From positions 38,612-102,611 of the IMG/VR virus record IMGVR_UViG_3300014043_000004: 64,000 nt of DNA, one strand, 5' to 3'. This document shows, in pieces, positions 50,436 through 59,186 of the stretch. Position 1 is the stretch's first letter, and the number at the start of each line of letters is the position of its first letter. Under the pieces are notes generated by a model. That model was not told the DNA's origin, ran no database searches, and saw only the letters and a list, made by a program, of their open reading frames with translations. This DNA is from a virus. Its lineage: Duplodnaviria; Caudoviricetes. The position numbers and the translations under genes are program-made.

Positions 50436-50954
50436 TTATCTAACTGTTTCGTACAAACCTATAATACCGCCACCTTTTACCTTACCTGATTCCAGTTGTT
50501 CAGCTTTTGCTTGCTTCATAGCGATATCTAAGGATTTTACTATATTACCTACATCCTTTAATATCCTCGTAACCTTTATAGCAGTATCTATATCCATCAA
50601 ACCTTTTGAGTAATCGTTTAATGCTGCTATAAGTCCTTCTGCAGCAGTCTAAGACGCGGTCAACAATCGTGTACCTGGTGTTTCCTAAAACTCTAAAAAC
50701 CGTCTCGTAAGCTCTTTTACATCTTCAGAAGGAACGTAGTGTTCGTCTTTGAACACGTCCTTGGCTACAACAGAAGCACGTTCGTTTATAGGATATGCTT
50801 CATACGGAGTGTTCCATTTGTGTAGCCAGATTACGTATTCAATTTCTTTCAACGCTTGTTGTTTATCTTTAGCGTTGTTGTAGTGATCTTTAAAGGGAGG
50901 TATAGCTAGGTCTTCTGTACCTAGCCTAATCTTATCCCCTTGTATATCAAACAT
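50436..50954 (-). CDS. Conserved crAss protein, possible terminase small subunit (172 aa, TAG read-through)
   Basis: Extends past TAG 50685 to TAA 50436; helical, ends KVKGGGIIGLYETVR. Function is inferred only. Confidence 0.5.
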
Positions 50955-51342
50955 ACTATCTAATTATCTTTGAAAACATTTTATACATTCTTTGTACTAA
51001 ATACCCTATTAGATAAGCGGCTTCTTCACCATCTTCAGGTATGTCGTAATAAGAACATATATGAGACTGAACATGTTTAGCTTCATGTATGGCAGTATTC
51101 ACAAACTAACTTACATCAGAAGAAGGACCTACACAAACAATGCTCATCTTATAATCAGAGTTACTAAATGTAAATCCTGTGTTTTTTCTAGTTAGTACTT
51201 TTAAAGACCTCTTTACATCTGCATGAGAACAACCTAGTTGTTTTAACGCATCTTCAACTTCTACAAAGTCTTCCTTGTGTACACCATAATATACTAATAC
51301 GTTCCAGCCTTTATCGCCTAATTGTATATATTGTGCAATCAT
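50947..51342 (-). CDS. Small HExxH zincin-like protein (131 aa, TAG read-through)
   Basis: Read-through reveals NTAIHEAKH...EEAAYLIGY. Confidence 0.7.
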
Positions 51343-51839
51343 TGATTCTGTGTTCCGAGTCTGCTTTCAAGTCTAGTAAGAATATCCTCTATACGATCCA
51401 TACGACCAGAGATATTATCAATAGCTTCGTCCCTCTCTTGTTCTTTAGCATACACAGGATTCAACTCCTTAAGTATCTTTTCGCAAGCGGCGATGTTTGA
51501 TCTATGCTGATCTACATTAGCTATAATACTTTTACTATTAGATAACATTGCAGTTACTTCCTAGATCATACTATCTTTAGACTCACTTAACACGTAATCA
51601 CCATAGGAATGAATAATAGCCGTACTAGGTACACCTATGAACTCTTTCCTATCATTTCCTATTCGAACTGTAATATCAACTGCAGTTTGTAGGTTAGCCC
51701 CAAAACTAACAGCTGGGTTATAGTTCTAATACATTGGGTGTGGTGCGCTTACACGTTCCACATAACCCATAACGACTTTTGGTTCTTCGCTCTTATCTAA
51801 TACATAAAGAGCTGCATTCTAACGTAATCCTGAAAACAT
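51339..51839 (-). CDS. Hypothetical protein (166 aa, TAG read-through)
   Basis: MFSGLR(Q)NAALYVLDKS... in frame with 51339..51548. Confidence 0.7.
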
Positions 51840-51897
51840 AGTTATTAGTATTATGGTCGTGTGGGTGGGTTTTGCCCCACCCGTGACCAGTTAATTA

Positions 51898-52215
51898 TTA
51901 AGAGTACCTTCTAGCACGACGCATACGCATTGCTCTACGTCTGTTAGCACGCATTGCATTACGCATGTCCATCTTATCGTCTTCAAAGTTACGCATTGCA
52001 TAATGACGGTTGTATCCTGCTTTAAAACCAAGATCCATCCCCTCTTCTGTCTTATCTTCAAGCTCTTCTTCAGAACCCTCAAAACAATCATATAGCGTAT
52101 CCTCCAGCTCACACATCACCATCTTTTTCTGGTGACCGAGTTCATGTAACTCGTCCAACAATTCAAAAGCTTTATCCTGTGCAGCCTCACGCATTTCGAT
52201 TTCATATACCATCAT
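51898..52215 (-). CDS. Hypothetical protein (acidic N-terminus, Arg/Met-rich C-terminus)
   Basis: Intact 105-aa ORF in operon context. Confidence 0.65.
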   Translation of the reverse strand: MMVYEIEMREAAQDKAFELLDELHELGHQKKMVMCELEDTLYDCFEGSEEELEDKTEEGMDLGFKAGYNRHYAMRNFEDDKMDMRNAMRANRRRAMRMRRARRYS

Positions 52216-52240
52216 AATCTTTCGTGTTTAAAAGTTAATA

Positions 52241-52573
52241 TTAAGCAGCCAATACAGAGGTTATCTGCAGGATGCCATTGAATCGGTCATTGAATATCTT
52301 AATTACACCAGTGCCGGTTATATCAGCAGCGGTTACAGGAGTTCCATCAAAGAAAGTAAGCGCACGTGTAACACCATTCAGTGTAATATTTACAGGCAGT
52401 GTGTCTGTAGTACCGTCTGGAATAGCATTAGCTATGCGAACTGTAAGCTCCCCAACGGGTTGTATACGACGGAAACCCAATTCAAAGTTTACTGCCGTAT
52501 CGGTTACAGTTACGTTTGATGTGCTCAAATAAGGAACCCCGTATGTATTGGTTGTTATGTTAAAGCACCTCAT
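52241..52573 (-). CDS. Hypothetical beta-rich protein (110 aa)
   Basis: Intact ORF in operon context. Confidence 0.65.
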   Translation of the reverse strand: MRCFNITTNTYGVPYLSTSNVTVTDTAVNFELGFRRIQPVGELTVRIANAIPDGTTDTLPVNITLNGVTRALTFFDGTPVTAADITGTGVIKIFNDRFNGILQITSVLAA

Positions 52574-52586
52574 AGTCTACTTTCAA

Positions 52587-53489
52587 TTAAAATGAAACAT
52601 TATTACCCCAAAAACCGTTACCGAAACCGTTGTAAAAACCACCGTTTACATAAGGTGTGGTGTTAACAGCGGTCAGCTGAGGCCACTGTACAGGAACAGT
52701 GTTAGGTTGAGCTGATTTAATAGCGATAAGTTGATTTTCGATGTCGCTGAACTTACTATTGATGAACGCAGTCTGTCTGTCATTGCTGATATTAGAACGA
52801 AGCAGAGCGTTGTCAGCAGTAAGTGACGTAATCTTATCCTGAAGTTCACGTTTCTCAAGATCACAGAATTTGTCGTTAATCATAACACTCTGAGCATTGA
52901 TAGCCTCTGTGATATTACGAGCGTTACGTTCTGCCTGAGTAGTCAAAGTATTTGTTTGCTGACAAACAGCGAGCTAATCAGCTGCCTGATCGGCTGCCAT
53001 CTGACGCTGCAAAGCGTTAGTCTACTCAGAAATAGCTAAACGGTTCTCGCAGCAGCACTGACAGATCTGTGAAGCTATAGAGGCATTGCCTGCCTGGATA
53101 GCGTTCTGAATCTGCAGACCACTCATACCAACTTGTGTGCCTACAGAAGTGATAGCGTTGTTCAAAGTGAATATACCATTCTGAACAGTAGATACTTCTG
53201 TGTTGAGCAGGTTAGCGAGATTGCTGATTGCTGTACCGTTGCCCTGTATTGCATTCATAAGTAACTCACGACCGGTATCGTTACTGATCTGGTTGGACAA
53301 GAAGCCGTTACCTCCGAAGCCGTTATTACCGCCCCATCCGTTAACTCCCCAGATCAACCAGAGGAACAATATCCATATCCAGTTACCACCACCAAAACCA
53401 CCGTTGTTGTTAAGAGCCAACAGCAGATTTGGATCAATACCATTGTTTGAACCCATCTCTGGGAACATCATAATTTTTGAACTTTCCAT
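52587..53489 (-). CDS. Conserved gut-phage membrane protein (Gly/Asn-rich, CCC motif; 300 aa, TAG read-through)
   Basis: 52587..52946 and 53022..53489 are in frame; NGGFGGGNWIWILFLW and QICQCCCENRL motifs. Confidence 0.72.
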
Positions 53490-53555
53490 AAAATATAAAA
53501 TTAAATTAACATTAATAAACCCTGCGTCACAGTGCAGGTACCTGTTAACCTTAAT

Positions 53556-53598
53556 TGTGCGTAGGTCGGAATCGAACCAACGTAAACCATTCTACGCA
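53556..53598 (-). ncRNA. tRNA-like minihelix (acceptor stem + T-arm only)
   Basis: TGCGTAG-AATGGTTTAC-GTTGG-TTCGATT-CCGAC-CTACGCA-CA. Confidence 0.55.
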
Positions 53599-53624
53599 TC
53601 CTCGTTTAGACAGTCGAGGTTCTG

Positions 53625-54578
53625 TTATTCGTATATCCAATAAGAAGTATTTCCGTCAAACTCCGTCATGGATTCATATGTATCTTTTGATATGATCTAC
53701 ATCTTAGGTAACCCATTGATGTATTCTTCTATCTGTGCTGGTGTAATATCTATACCACTACCAGGAGTTGTTGGAGTAGTTGAACCTGGATCCCATGGCT
53801 CATCTGGCTCAACCTCGGGCCACTCTGTCGGGTTAAATTCCCCTTGTTCTGGAGTATAAATATCACGAACATTCAGTTTTGTATCAAGTACATTCTCAAT
53901 TATCGATATCTTGTTTAAGATGTCGGTTATCTTATTTGAGATGTTTACAACCCTGTTTGATACATTGGCTATCTGGTCTGAAGTATTCTGCTTATCGTTC
54001 CTATAGTTGTTGATATCTACCTTTGAGCCCAACTCCTTAGTTACTACACGATTCTCTACAGCGTTTGTAGAATTAGCATCAAGCTCTTTATCTATCAGGT
54101 AAAGGTTACCCTCTTCGTCCCACTTCCAACTATTACCGCTGTAATCTACAGTCCACTCTTGATCTGGCTCGTATACTTCATCCTTACGCACATATACATT
54201 ATTATATATGTCCTTAAGATAGTCCCTGATGTTTGTTTTCTTAATATACTGATTAAGTATGTCTGTTGTGAGATTAGGCATCTGATATTCGTTGCCTTTT
54301 ACCCACCCTGTAGACGAATGATAAATATAAACGTACCACTTACCGTCTTCATATACAATGGCTAAGTCTCCGTCTAATGCATTCTCTGGTAGCTTATCTA
54401 CAGATTCAAAGAAACCCTTTTGGTGGTTAGCTCCGTCTCCAAACACCTTGCCATGCGTACGTATTGTATGGTCTTCTATTACGAATACGATAGAGTCATC
54501 TTTGATCTTCTCGCCTTGATAAGCATCTTCATAAGCCTGCAGCGTCTTATATATAATCAGTTTGTTATTTATCTTCAT
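53625..54578 (-). CDS. Tail-fibre-like protein (317 aa, 1 TAG)
   Basis: Extends past TAG 53697 to TAA 53625; N-terminus resembles the 50430 fibre; LDANSTNAVENRVV motif. Confidence 0.65.
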
Positions 54579-54620
54579 ATTCTCTATTCGATAATTTAGC
54601 TAAATTAAAACGTGTATATA

Positions 54621-54655
54621 CGGTTAAAGGGGACTCTTATGAGTCCCCTGAACCG
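54621..54655. terminator. Strong hairpin after dUTPase (terminator-like)
   Basis: CGGTT..AGGGGACTC-TTAT-GAGTCCCCT..AACCG inverted repeat. Confidence 0.55.
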
Positions 54656-54712
54656 AAATGAAGCATTGCCAGACTGATGTACGCCGCTTCTCAGGCTTTT
54701 ATTACGTAATTA

Positions 54713-55276
54713 TTATGCCTGCTCAGAGCTGCTTTCTTGCTCCGCCGCTGCCTATGTTTGCAGTCCGTCAACCTGTGACTCCTCTGTGACGGGAGAGTCA
54801 ACGGATCCTGTTGGTGCGCTTTCTGTGTTTTCAATAGTTGCGTTTCCAGTACTACCATACCCCGCTTCACCTCTATCAGTTATGGAAAGTTCAGAAGCCT
54901 CTGTAAAGGTTACATCTAAGATAGGTAAGATAATTAGTTGCGCAAATCTTTCTTGTGGTTTGTATACCGAAGGTATAACACTAACCGTTGTTCTAAACTT
55001 ACCGGTAATTTCTCCTCTAAAATCAGAATCTATAATACCGCACGCATTACACATAGATAGTGTTTTCTTAGCAACGCTGCTTCGCATACACAACATACCA
55101 AAATATCCTTCTGGAATCTCTACAGCGATGCCTGTGTGATATACTAAGATTAATTCACCGGATTCGTTTATTTCTGTTGTAACATCGGTACAAGTTAAAT
55201 CAAACGCTGCAGATCCGACAGTAGATTTTACTGGAGTTACAGCTTTGTCCGATAGTCTTTTAAATTTAATTTCCAT
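54713..55276 (-). CDS. dut: dUTPase (trimeric; 187 aa, 1 TAG)
   Basis: Motifs AAFDL, HTGIAVEIP, RSS, GIIDSDFRGEI, RFAQL, RGEAGYGSTG. Confidence 0.95.
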
Positions 55277-55925
55277 TATTATAATGTTGAATTTTTCGTT
55301 TTAGTTCTTCCTTTGAATATGAGCACAGAAGAGTTTTTGTTTTCTTGATTTTGCCTCTCGCACAGTTGGCTATACTAGTGTCGCTAATCACGTATCCGAT
55401 AGATTTTAGTTCTTTACTAGCCTGTCTGGTACTTTTAAACTCATAAAAACTTCCTTTTTGCATGTCGAATATATAAACTTTTTTTGCCGTATTGTCTTCT
55501 AATTTAACAATGGGGTGCGCTTTTATATATTCGCTTTGCTTTTTTCTTTGTTCTTCTGTTCTCTTATACCCAAGAGTACCTCCATCTCCACCAATGGTGC
55601 TATTATATCCATTTTTATACGAATCATAAAATTGTATAAATATCTTTTCCGCAACGTTTAAATTATATTTTAAGTTTTTATTAAGAGGAAATGTTGCTAA
55701 TATGTATAATTCAAAATTATCAATTCCATACTTGTTTATAGCCTTATATAAAGTGTGAATGTTTGTTTTATTTCGTCTTATACAGGAGAGATGATACAAC
55801 AATCTTACGTTTAGATCTACAGCTTGTCCTATATATTTTTTATTGTTTATAGTGTTTCTAAACATATAAATACCAGGAACATGTCTGTACGATTTAAAAT
55901 CTTCTCTAGAATTTAATAAAACCAT
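55266..55925 (-). CDS. Free-standing GIY-YIG homing endonuclease
   Basis: GIYMFRNTINNKKYIGQ...R...EKIFI...GYN.TIGG plus NUMOD/HTH-like C-terminus; very AT-rich. Confidence 0.9.
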   Translation of the reverse strand: MVLLNSREDFKSYRHVPGIYMFRNTINNKKYIGQAVDLNVRLLYHLSCIRRNKTNIHTLYKAINKYGIDNFELYILATFPLNKNLKYNLNVAEKIFIQFYDSYKNGYNSTIGGDGGTLGYKRTEEQRKKQSEYIKAHPIVKLEDNTAKKVYIFDMQKGSFYEFKSTRQASKELKSIGYVISDTSIANCARGKIKKTKTLLCSYSKEELKRKIQHYNNGN

Positions 55926-55945
55926 CGTTTATATTAGTTTTTAAG

Positions 55946-56028
55946 GACAGATAGCGGGATTTGAACCCGCAGCATACGATTGGCTGTCTATAAGTGTCGC
56001 TGCTCTACCTGATTGAGCTATATCTGTC
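55946..56028 (-). tRNA. tRNA-like gene with aberrant enlarged anticodon loop (isotype undetermined)
   Basis: GACAGATA/TATCTGTC acceptor, TAGCTCAATCAGGTAGAGC D-arm, GCGGG-TTCAAAT-CCCGC T-arm; anticodon stem GCGA/TCGT closes ~17 nt. Confidence 0.6.
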
Positions 56029-56031
56029 TAT

Positions 56032-56109
56032 TGGTCCCGGCGGCCGGTTCTTTGCCAGCTCCTGCGCTTTTAGAGAGCACTATGCTAAAAAATCATACAC
56101 CACACCGAA
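56032..56109 (-). tRNA. Amber suppressor tRNA (anticodon CUA), presumably Gln-inserting
   Basis: TTCGGTG/CGCCGGG acceptor, GTGCT-CTCTAAA-AGCGC anticodon arm, GCTGG/CCGGC T-stem, encoded A-CCA end. Confidence 0.85.
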
Positions 56110-56112
56110 GGG

Positions 56113-56298
56113 GTGGCTCTTTTAACGACTGAGCCAGAAGATGTCGTGTCTAAACTGATTGGTTCGTGCGCCCTGCGGAGTCGCGATCTCCATGTTTCTT
56201 TAACAGGGCTGTAAGGTAATCGGAATTACCTGGGCTTACCAAGAAAGGTAAGCGATATACGTCCTGGGCGCTGTTCTAACGGGAAGCATCCCAGGAAC
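56113..56298 (-). ncRNA. Candidate structured non-coding RNA upstream of suppressor tRNA
   Basis: Five consecutive stems in a GC-rich ORF-free stretch. Confidence 0.45.
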
Positions 56299-56307
56299 TG
56301 TTATTTC

Positions 56308-56604
56308 TTATCGGGTAAATACACCTTTAATCTTCTTCCACATTCTCTTGTACCAAGGTTGTTTCTTTACTGTGCAACACCCTGAGCATACAAAACATGT
56401 GGCGTTTGCGAATGCCGGAATAGCAATATCCAACACTTTATTTACTGCATTTATGGCATACGCATCCAGTTGCTCTTCTGTAATGGTTTTTCCAGCACGA
56501 ACTTTTGCAGCTGTATATTCACTGTAGATATCGTTAACTGTCGTGTTTGTAACGCAGTTCATGATAACCTCTGGTGTTTTTGTTTTCTTTATTGTTTTCT
56601 TCAT
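56308..56604 (-). CDS. Hypothetical protein (98 aa)
   Basis: Intact ORF, C-terminal KQPWYKRMWKKIK amphipathic motif. Confidence 0.65.
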   Translation of the reverse strand: MKKTIKKTKTPEVIMNCVTNTTVNDIYSEYTAAKVRAGKTITEEQLDAYAINAVNKVLDIAIPAFANATCFVCSGCCTVKKQPWYKRMWKKIKGVFTR

Positions 56605-56615
56605 GATTGTATATT

Positions 56616-56999
56616 TTAGGCCTTTCTAAGGCAGTTTGTACATGCATCACAGGCTTCTCCACACTGAGTATCTGAAGCAGACTGCTTCTTAGCCCACTCT
56701 TCCTTCATTTTTTGCTCTGCTTTATGGTTTGCTTTAAAGTTTGCAATCCACTCTTTACTCTTAGCAACTACTACGCGATGGGGCCAATCTGTTCCGCAAG
56801 CATAGAAAGTAATGATGATATCGTCTTTCTTTACATCAAATTCTTTCTTAAACTCACCCTCTCCAAAAACCACATGCATTGGCTCGTTAGCCATATAAAT
56901 GCGACTGATGGACTCTCTTTCACTATCAATCTTATCTACACTATTGTCTTCAGTATTAACAATAATGTTCGAGTTAGATGTTAAATACAATGTTTTCAT
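56616..56999 (-). CDS. Hypothetical protein (127 aa, Cys-rich tail)
   Basis: Intact ORF; ATGA overlap with upstream gene. Confidence 0.65.
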   Translation of the reverse strand: MKTLYLTSNSNIIVNTEDNSVDKIDSERESISRIYMANEPMHVVFGEGEFKKEFDVKKDDIIITFYACGTDWPHRVVVAKSKEWIANFKANHKAEQKMKEEWAKKQSASDTQCGEACDACTNCLRKA

Positions 57000-57211
57000 T
57001 TTATAGTATATCTGTTTGTTTTGTTTTCTTTATATCTGCGCTTTAGCTTAAATTTAAACAGCTGGTTAAACAATATATCTTGTACATTGTCATCATCCTT
57101 CATAATTTCTACTGTTTGTAGAAACGGATGCTTACATATTACCGATATAAGATCTTTGTCAACGTTGGTTCGCTTTGATACCTCCTTGATTACTTCTTCA
57201 ATATCTATCAC
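56996..57211 (-). CDS. Small HU/IHF-like protein (71 aa)
   Basis: IEEVIKEVSKRTNVDK...ILFNQLFKFKLK resembles the HU N-terminal half. Confidence 0.5.
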   Translation of the reverse strand: MIDIEEVIKEVSKRTNVDKDLISVICKHPFLQTVEIMKDDDNVQDILFNQLFKFKLKRRYKENKTNRYTIK

Positions 57212-57627
57212 TTTTCTATGCCAAGTATATCGTATTGTCTAAGCAACCTGCTGTCTTTTAGAAGATCGAAGCGAATTCCTGCAGCTTCTCTGAAAACAAC
57301 AACATCACCTACGCTTATAGGACGCATTGTTGGGTGTTCTGGGTCTACAGGCTCCTGATAATACATTGGAAGTTTAACAACAACACCTTTGCGAAAATCA
57401 GAATCAACTTCTTTTACCTCTGTTTCAACACTGTCGAAGTCTTGTGCTTCAACTCCATTTTCATCTTTCTTTGGCGTACCAGTTGAAACAGGCTTACTAA
57501 ACTCTTTTGTTACTTTGATCGGGTCCAAGGGTTTTACAAGAAAGTAATCCAAAAACGAATATTTGATGTTTTTAGCTACGCTCTCTGCTAACTCTGACTG
57601 ATCAATTCTTTCCACTTCCTCGTTCAT
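57208..57627 (-). CDS. GroES-like co-chaperonin
   Basis: FLDYFLVKP...KGVVVKL...ISVGDVVVF...LLRQYDILG matches the Cpn10 pattern. Confidence 0.72.
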   Translation of the reverse strand: MNEEVERIDQSELAESVAKNIKYSFLDYFLVKPLDPIKVTKEFSKPVSTGTPKKDENGVEAQDFDSVETEVKEVDSDFRKGVVVKLPMYYQEPVDPEHPTMRPISVGDVVVFREAAGIRFDLLKDSRLLRQYDILGIEK

Positions 57628-58067
57628 TTCTTCAAACTTTTAAGATGCTCTAACAATGTTATCATGTTTGTCAACACTGTCTGTCTCTCAACTCTTACAC
57701 AAGCTGGAAGCTCTGCCATATCTTTTTCGATAGTCTTAAGCCCTGTTTTGTATTTTGCAAGAAGATTATCAATCTCGTCAAAAATATTTACAAAGTTTGT
57801 AGACTTTTCTGCTTCGCTTACTTCCTCGAGATAGCCCTCTTTTATCAAGGTTTTTGCATAATCTGGAGAAATGCTAAATTCAGAATTGTATGAAGATTTT
57901 ACAGAATCTACAGAATTTCCATCTGTGTTATAAAAATCCTCGTTGTGTACTGAAACATACATCTTAGAGTCTTCAGAGTACTCAAAGAGGTCTCCGAGTT
58001 CCATAACGAAGAATGGATCAATTACTCTTAATGTCTTTGCCATGTTTGTCATTTTTCTTAAATACAT
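57624..58067 (-). CDS. Hypothetical protein (true start may be 58043 or 58052)
   Basis: Intact ORF, first gene of the minus-strand late operon. Confidence 0.65.
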   Translation of the reverse strand: MYLRKMTNMAKTLRVIDPFFVMELGDLFEYSEDSKMYVSVHNEDFYNTDGNSVDSVKSSYNSEFSISPDYAKTLIKEGYLEEVSEAEKSTNFVNIFDEIDNLLAKYKTGLKTIEKDMAELPACVRVERQTVLTNMITLLEHLKSLKK

Positions 58068-58072
58068 CGGCG

Positions 58073-58154
58073 TAACGTAATAAAATATAAATCTGGTTGC
58101 ACTTCGATATAAAAAAATTAATAATTTGCAACTTTTATGTTGTTTTGTACGTTA
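58073..58154. promoter_or_regulatory. Divergent promoter pair TGCAAC-N15/16-TACGTTA
   Basis: Minus copy 58101-58073 and plus copy 58127-58154 at the strand switch. Confidence 0.6.
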
Positions 58155-58203
58155 AAATGACAAAATCCCCCTAGGAACCCCCTAATATAAATATTATATA
58201 TAC

Positions 58204-58623
58204 ATGAAGACTAGTAAGAATAGTAAGACAAATAAATCTATAATAGACGTATATCCAACTATATATGACGTAGATATAGTAGTAGCTAATAGATATACTA
58301 CTGTAGAACAACTAAATAAAACGTACTGTACTGCAAATCATGAGGATCTGACTGATATAGATGCTGTAGCTTATACAGAAGCTGTATATGACAGAAAGAC
58401 TGATAAAGCTTGTATAATCATAAGATATGTACACGATTCTAAGCACGCTAAAGACAAGAAGTTGGACTTAATTAATACAGCAGCTCATGAAGCTCTACAT
58501 GCTTGTATGGATATATACAGCAAGATCGGAGAAGACGTATATAAGAACGATTCTAACGAATTATTTGCCTACTTAATTGGCTGGATTACTGAGTGTATAT
58601 ACAAAACTTGGACAAAGAAATGA
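58204..58623 (+). CDS. Small HExxH zincin-like protein (139 aa)
   Basis: NTAAHEALH...NELFAYLIGW. Confidence 0.7.
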   Translation: MKTSKNSKTNKSIIDVYPTIYDVDIVVANRYTTVEQLNKTYCTANHEDLTDIDAVAYTEAVYDRKTDKACIIIRYVHDSKHAKDKKLDLINTAAHEALHACMDIYSKIGEDVYKNDSNELFAYLIGWITECIYKTWTKK

Positions 58624-59174
58624 ATAATATAGAACTGAATGCTATACTATACTATGCAGATTTCTTAAGTCTTAAAGATATAAGTTAGCCTGTTACAGAT
58701 AATTGTAAGTATTTCTTTATTCACGGAGCTCCTATAAATAGTTTGTTTATTATTGATTTGTAGCCTGTGTATGATGAAGAAAACAAGTACATATAGTAGG
58801 CAATGTAGGAATATCAACTCATACGAAATAAATTTGGAGAAGAAGGAGTAGAAAGTTTCATAGACGATGTATGTTGTATAAAAGCCTGCGGAATGGTAGA
58901 CGCTGAGCGAATGCTTAGGTGTATACATCAATACAGCACTAAAAAACAACGAAAAGAGGCGTTCGGGGTATACTATAAATGGAAAGAAGATTAGTTATAC
59001 ACTCATAAAACAATCAATGAAAAAGGAGAAGATGAGTAGACAGAATGCACAAAATACGTATACCACCATGAAAGAGGTATTGAGAGATCCAAGATATATA
59101 CAAGCAACAGAGTTAATGGCTAGACACGAGCACGAATGGGCAATTAGGTTTCCAAACTCTCCACAAAACAATGA
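58620..59174 (+). CDS. Hypothetical protein (184 aa, 9 TAG; missing from ORF track)
   Basis: ATGA overlap with upstream gene; MNNIELNAILYYADFLSL... open to TGA 59172 with only TAG interruptions. Confidence 0.7.
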
Positions 59175-59186
59175 AAATACATAAGT

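Noticed and set aside
23-55276. Widespread pseudogenisation or sequencing errors suggested by fragmented ORFs
   Set aside because: Breaks are TAG in a constant frame with no frameshifts, and a CUA tRNA is present; recoding explains it.
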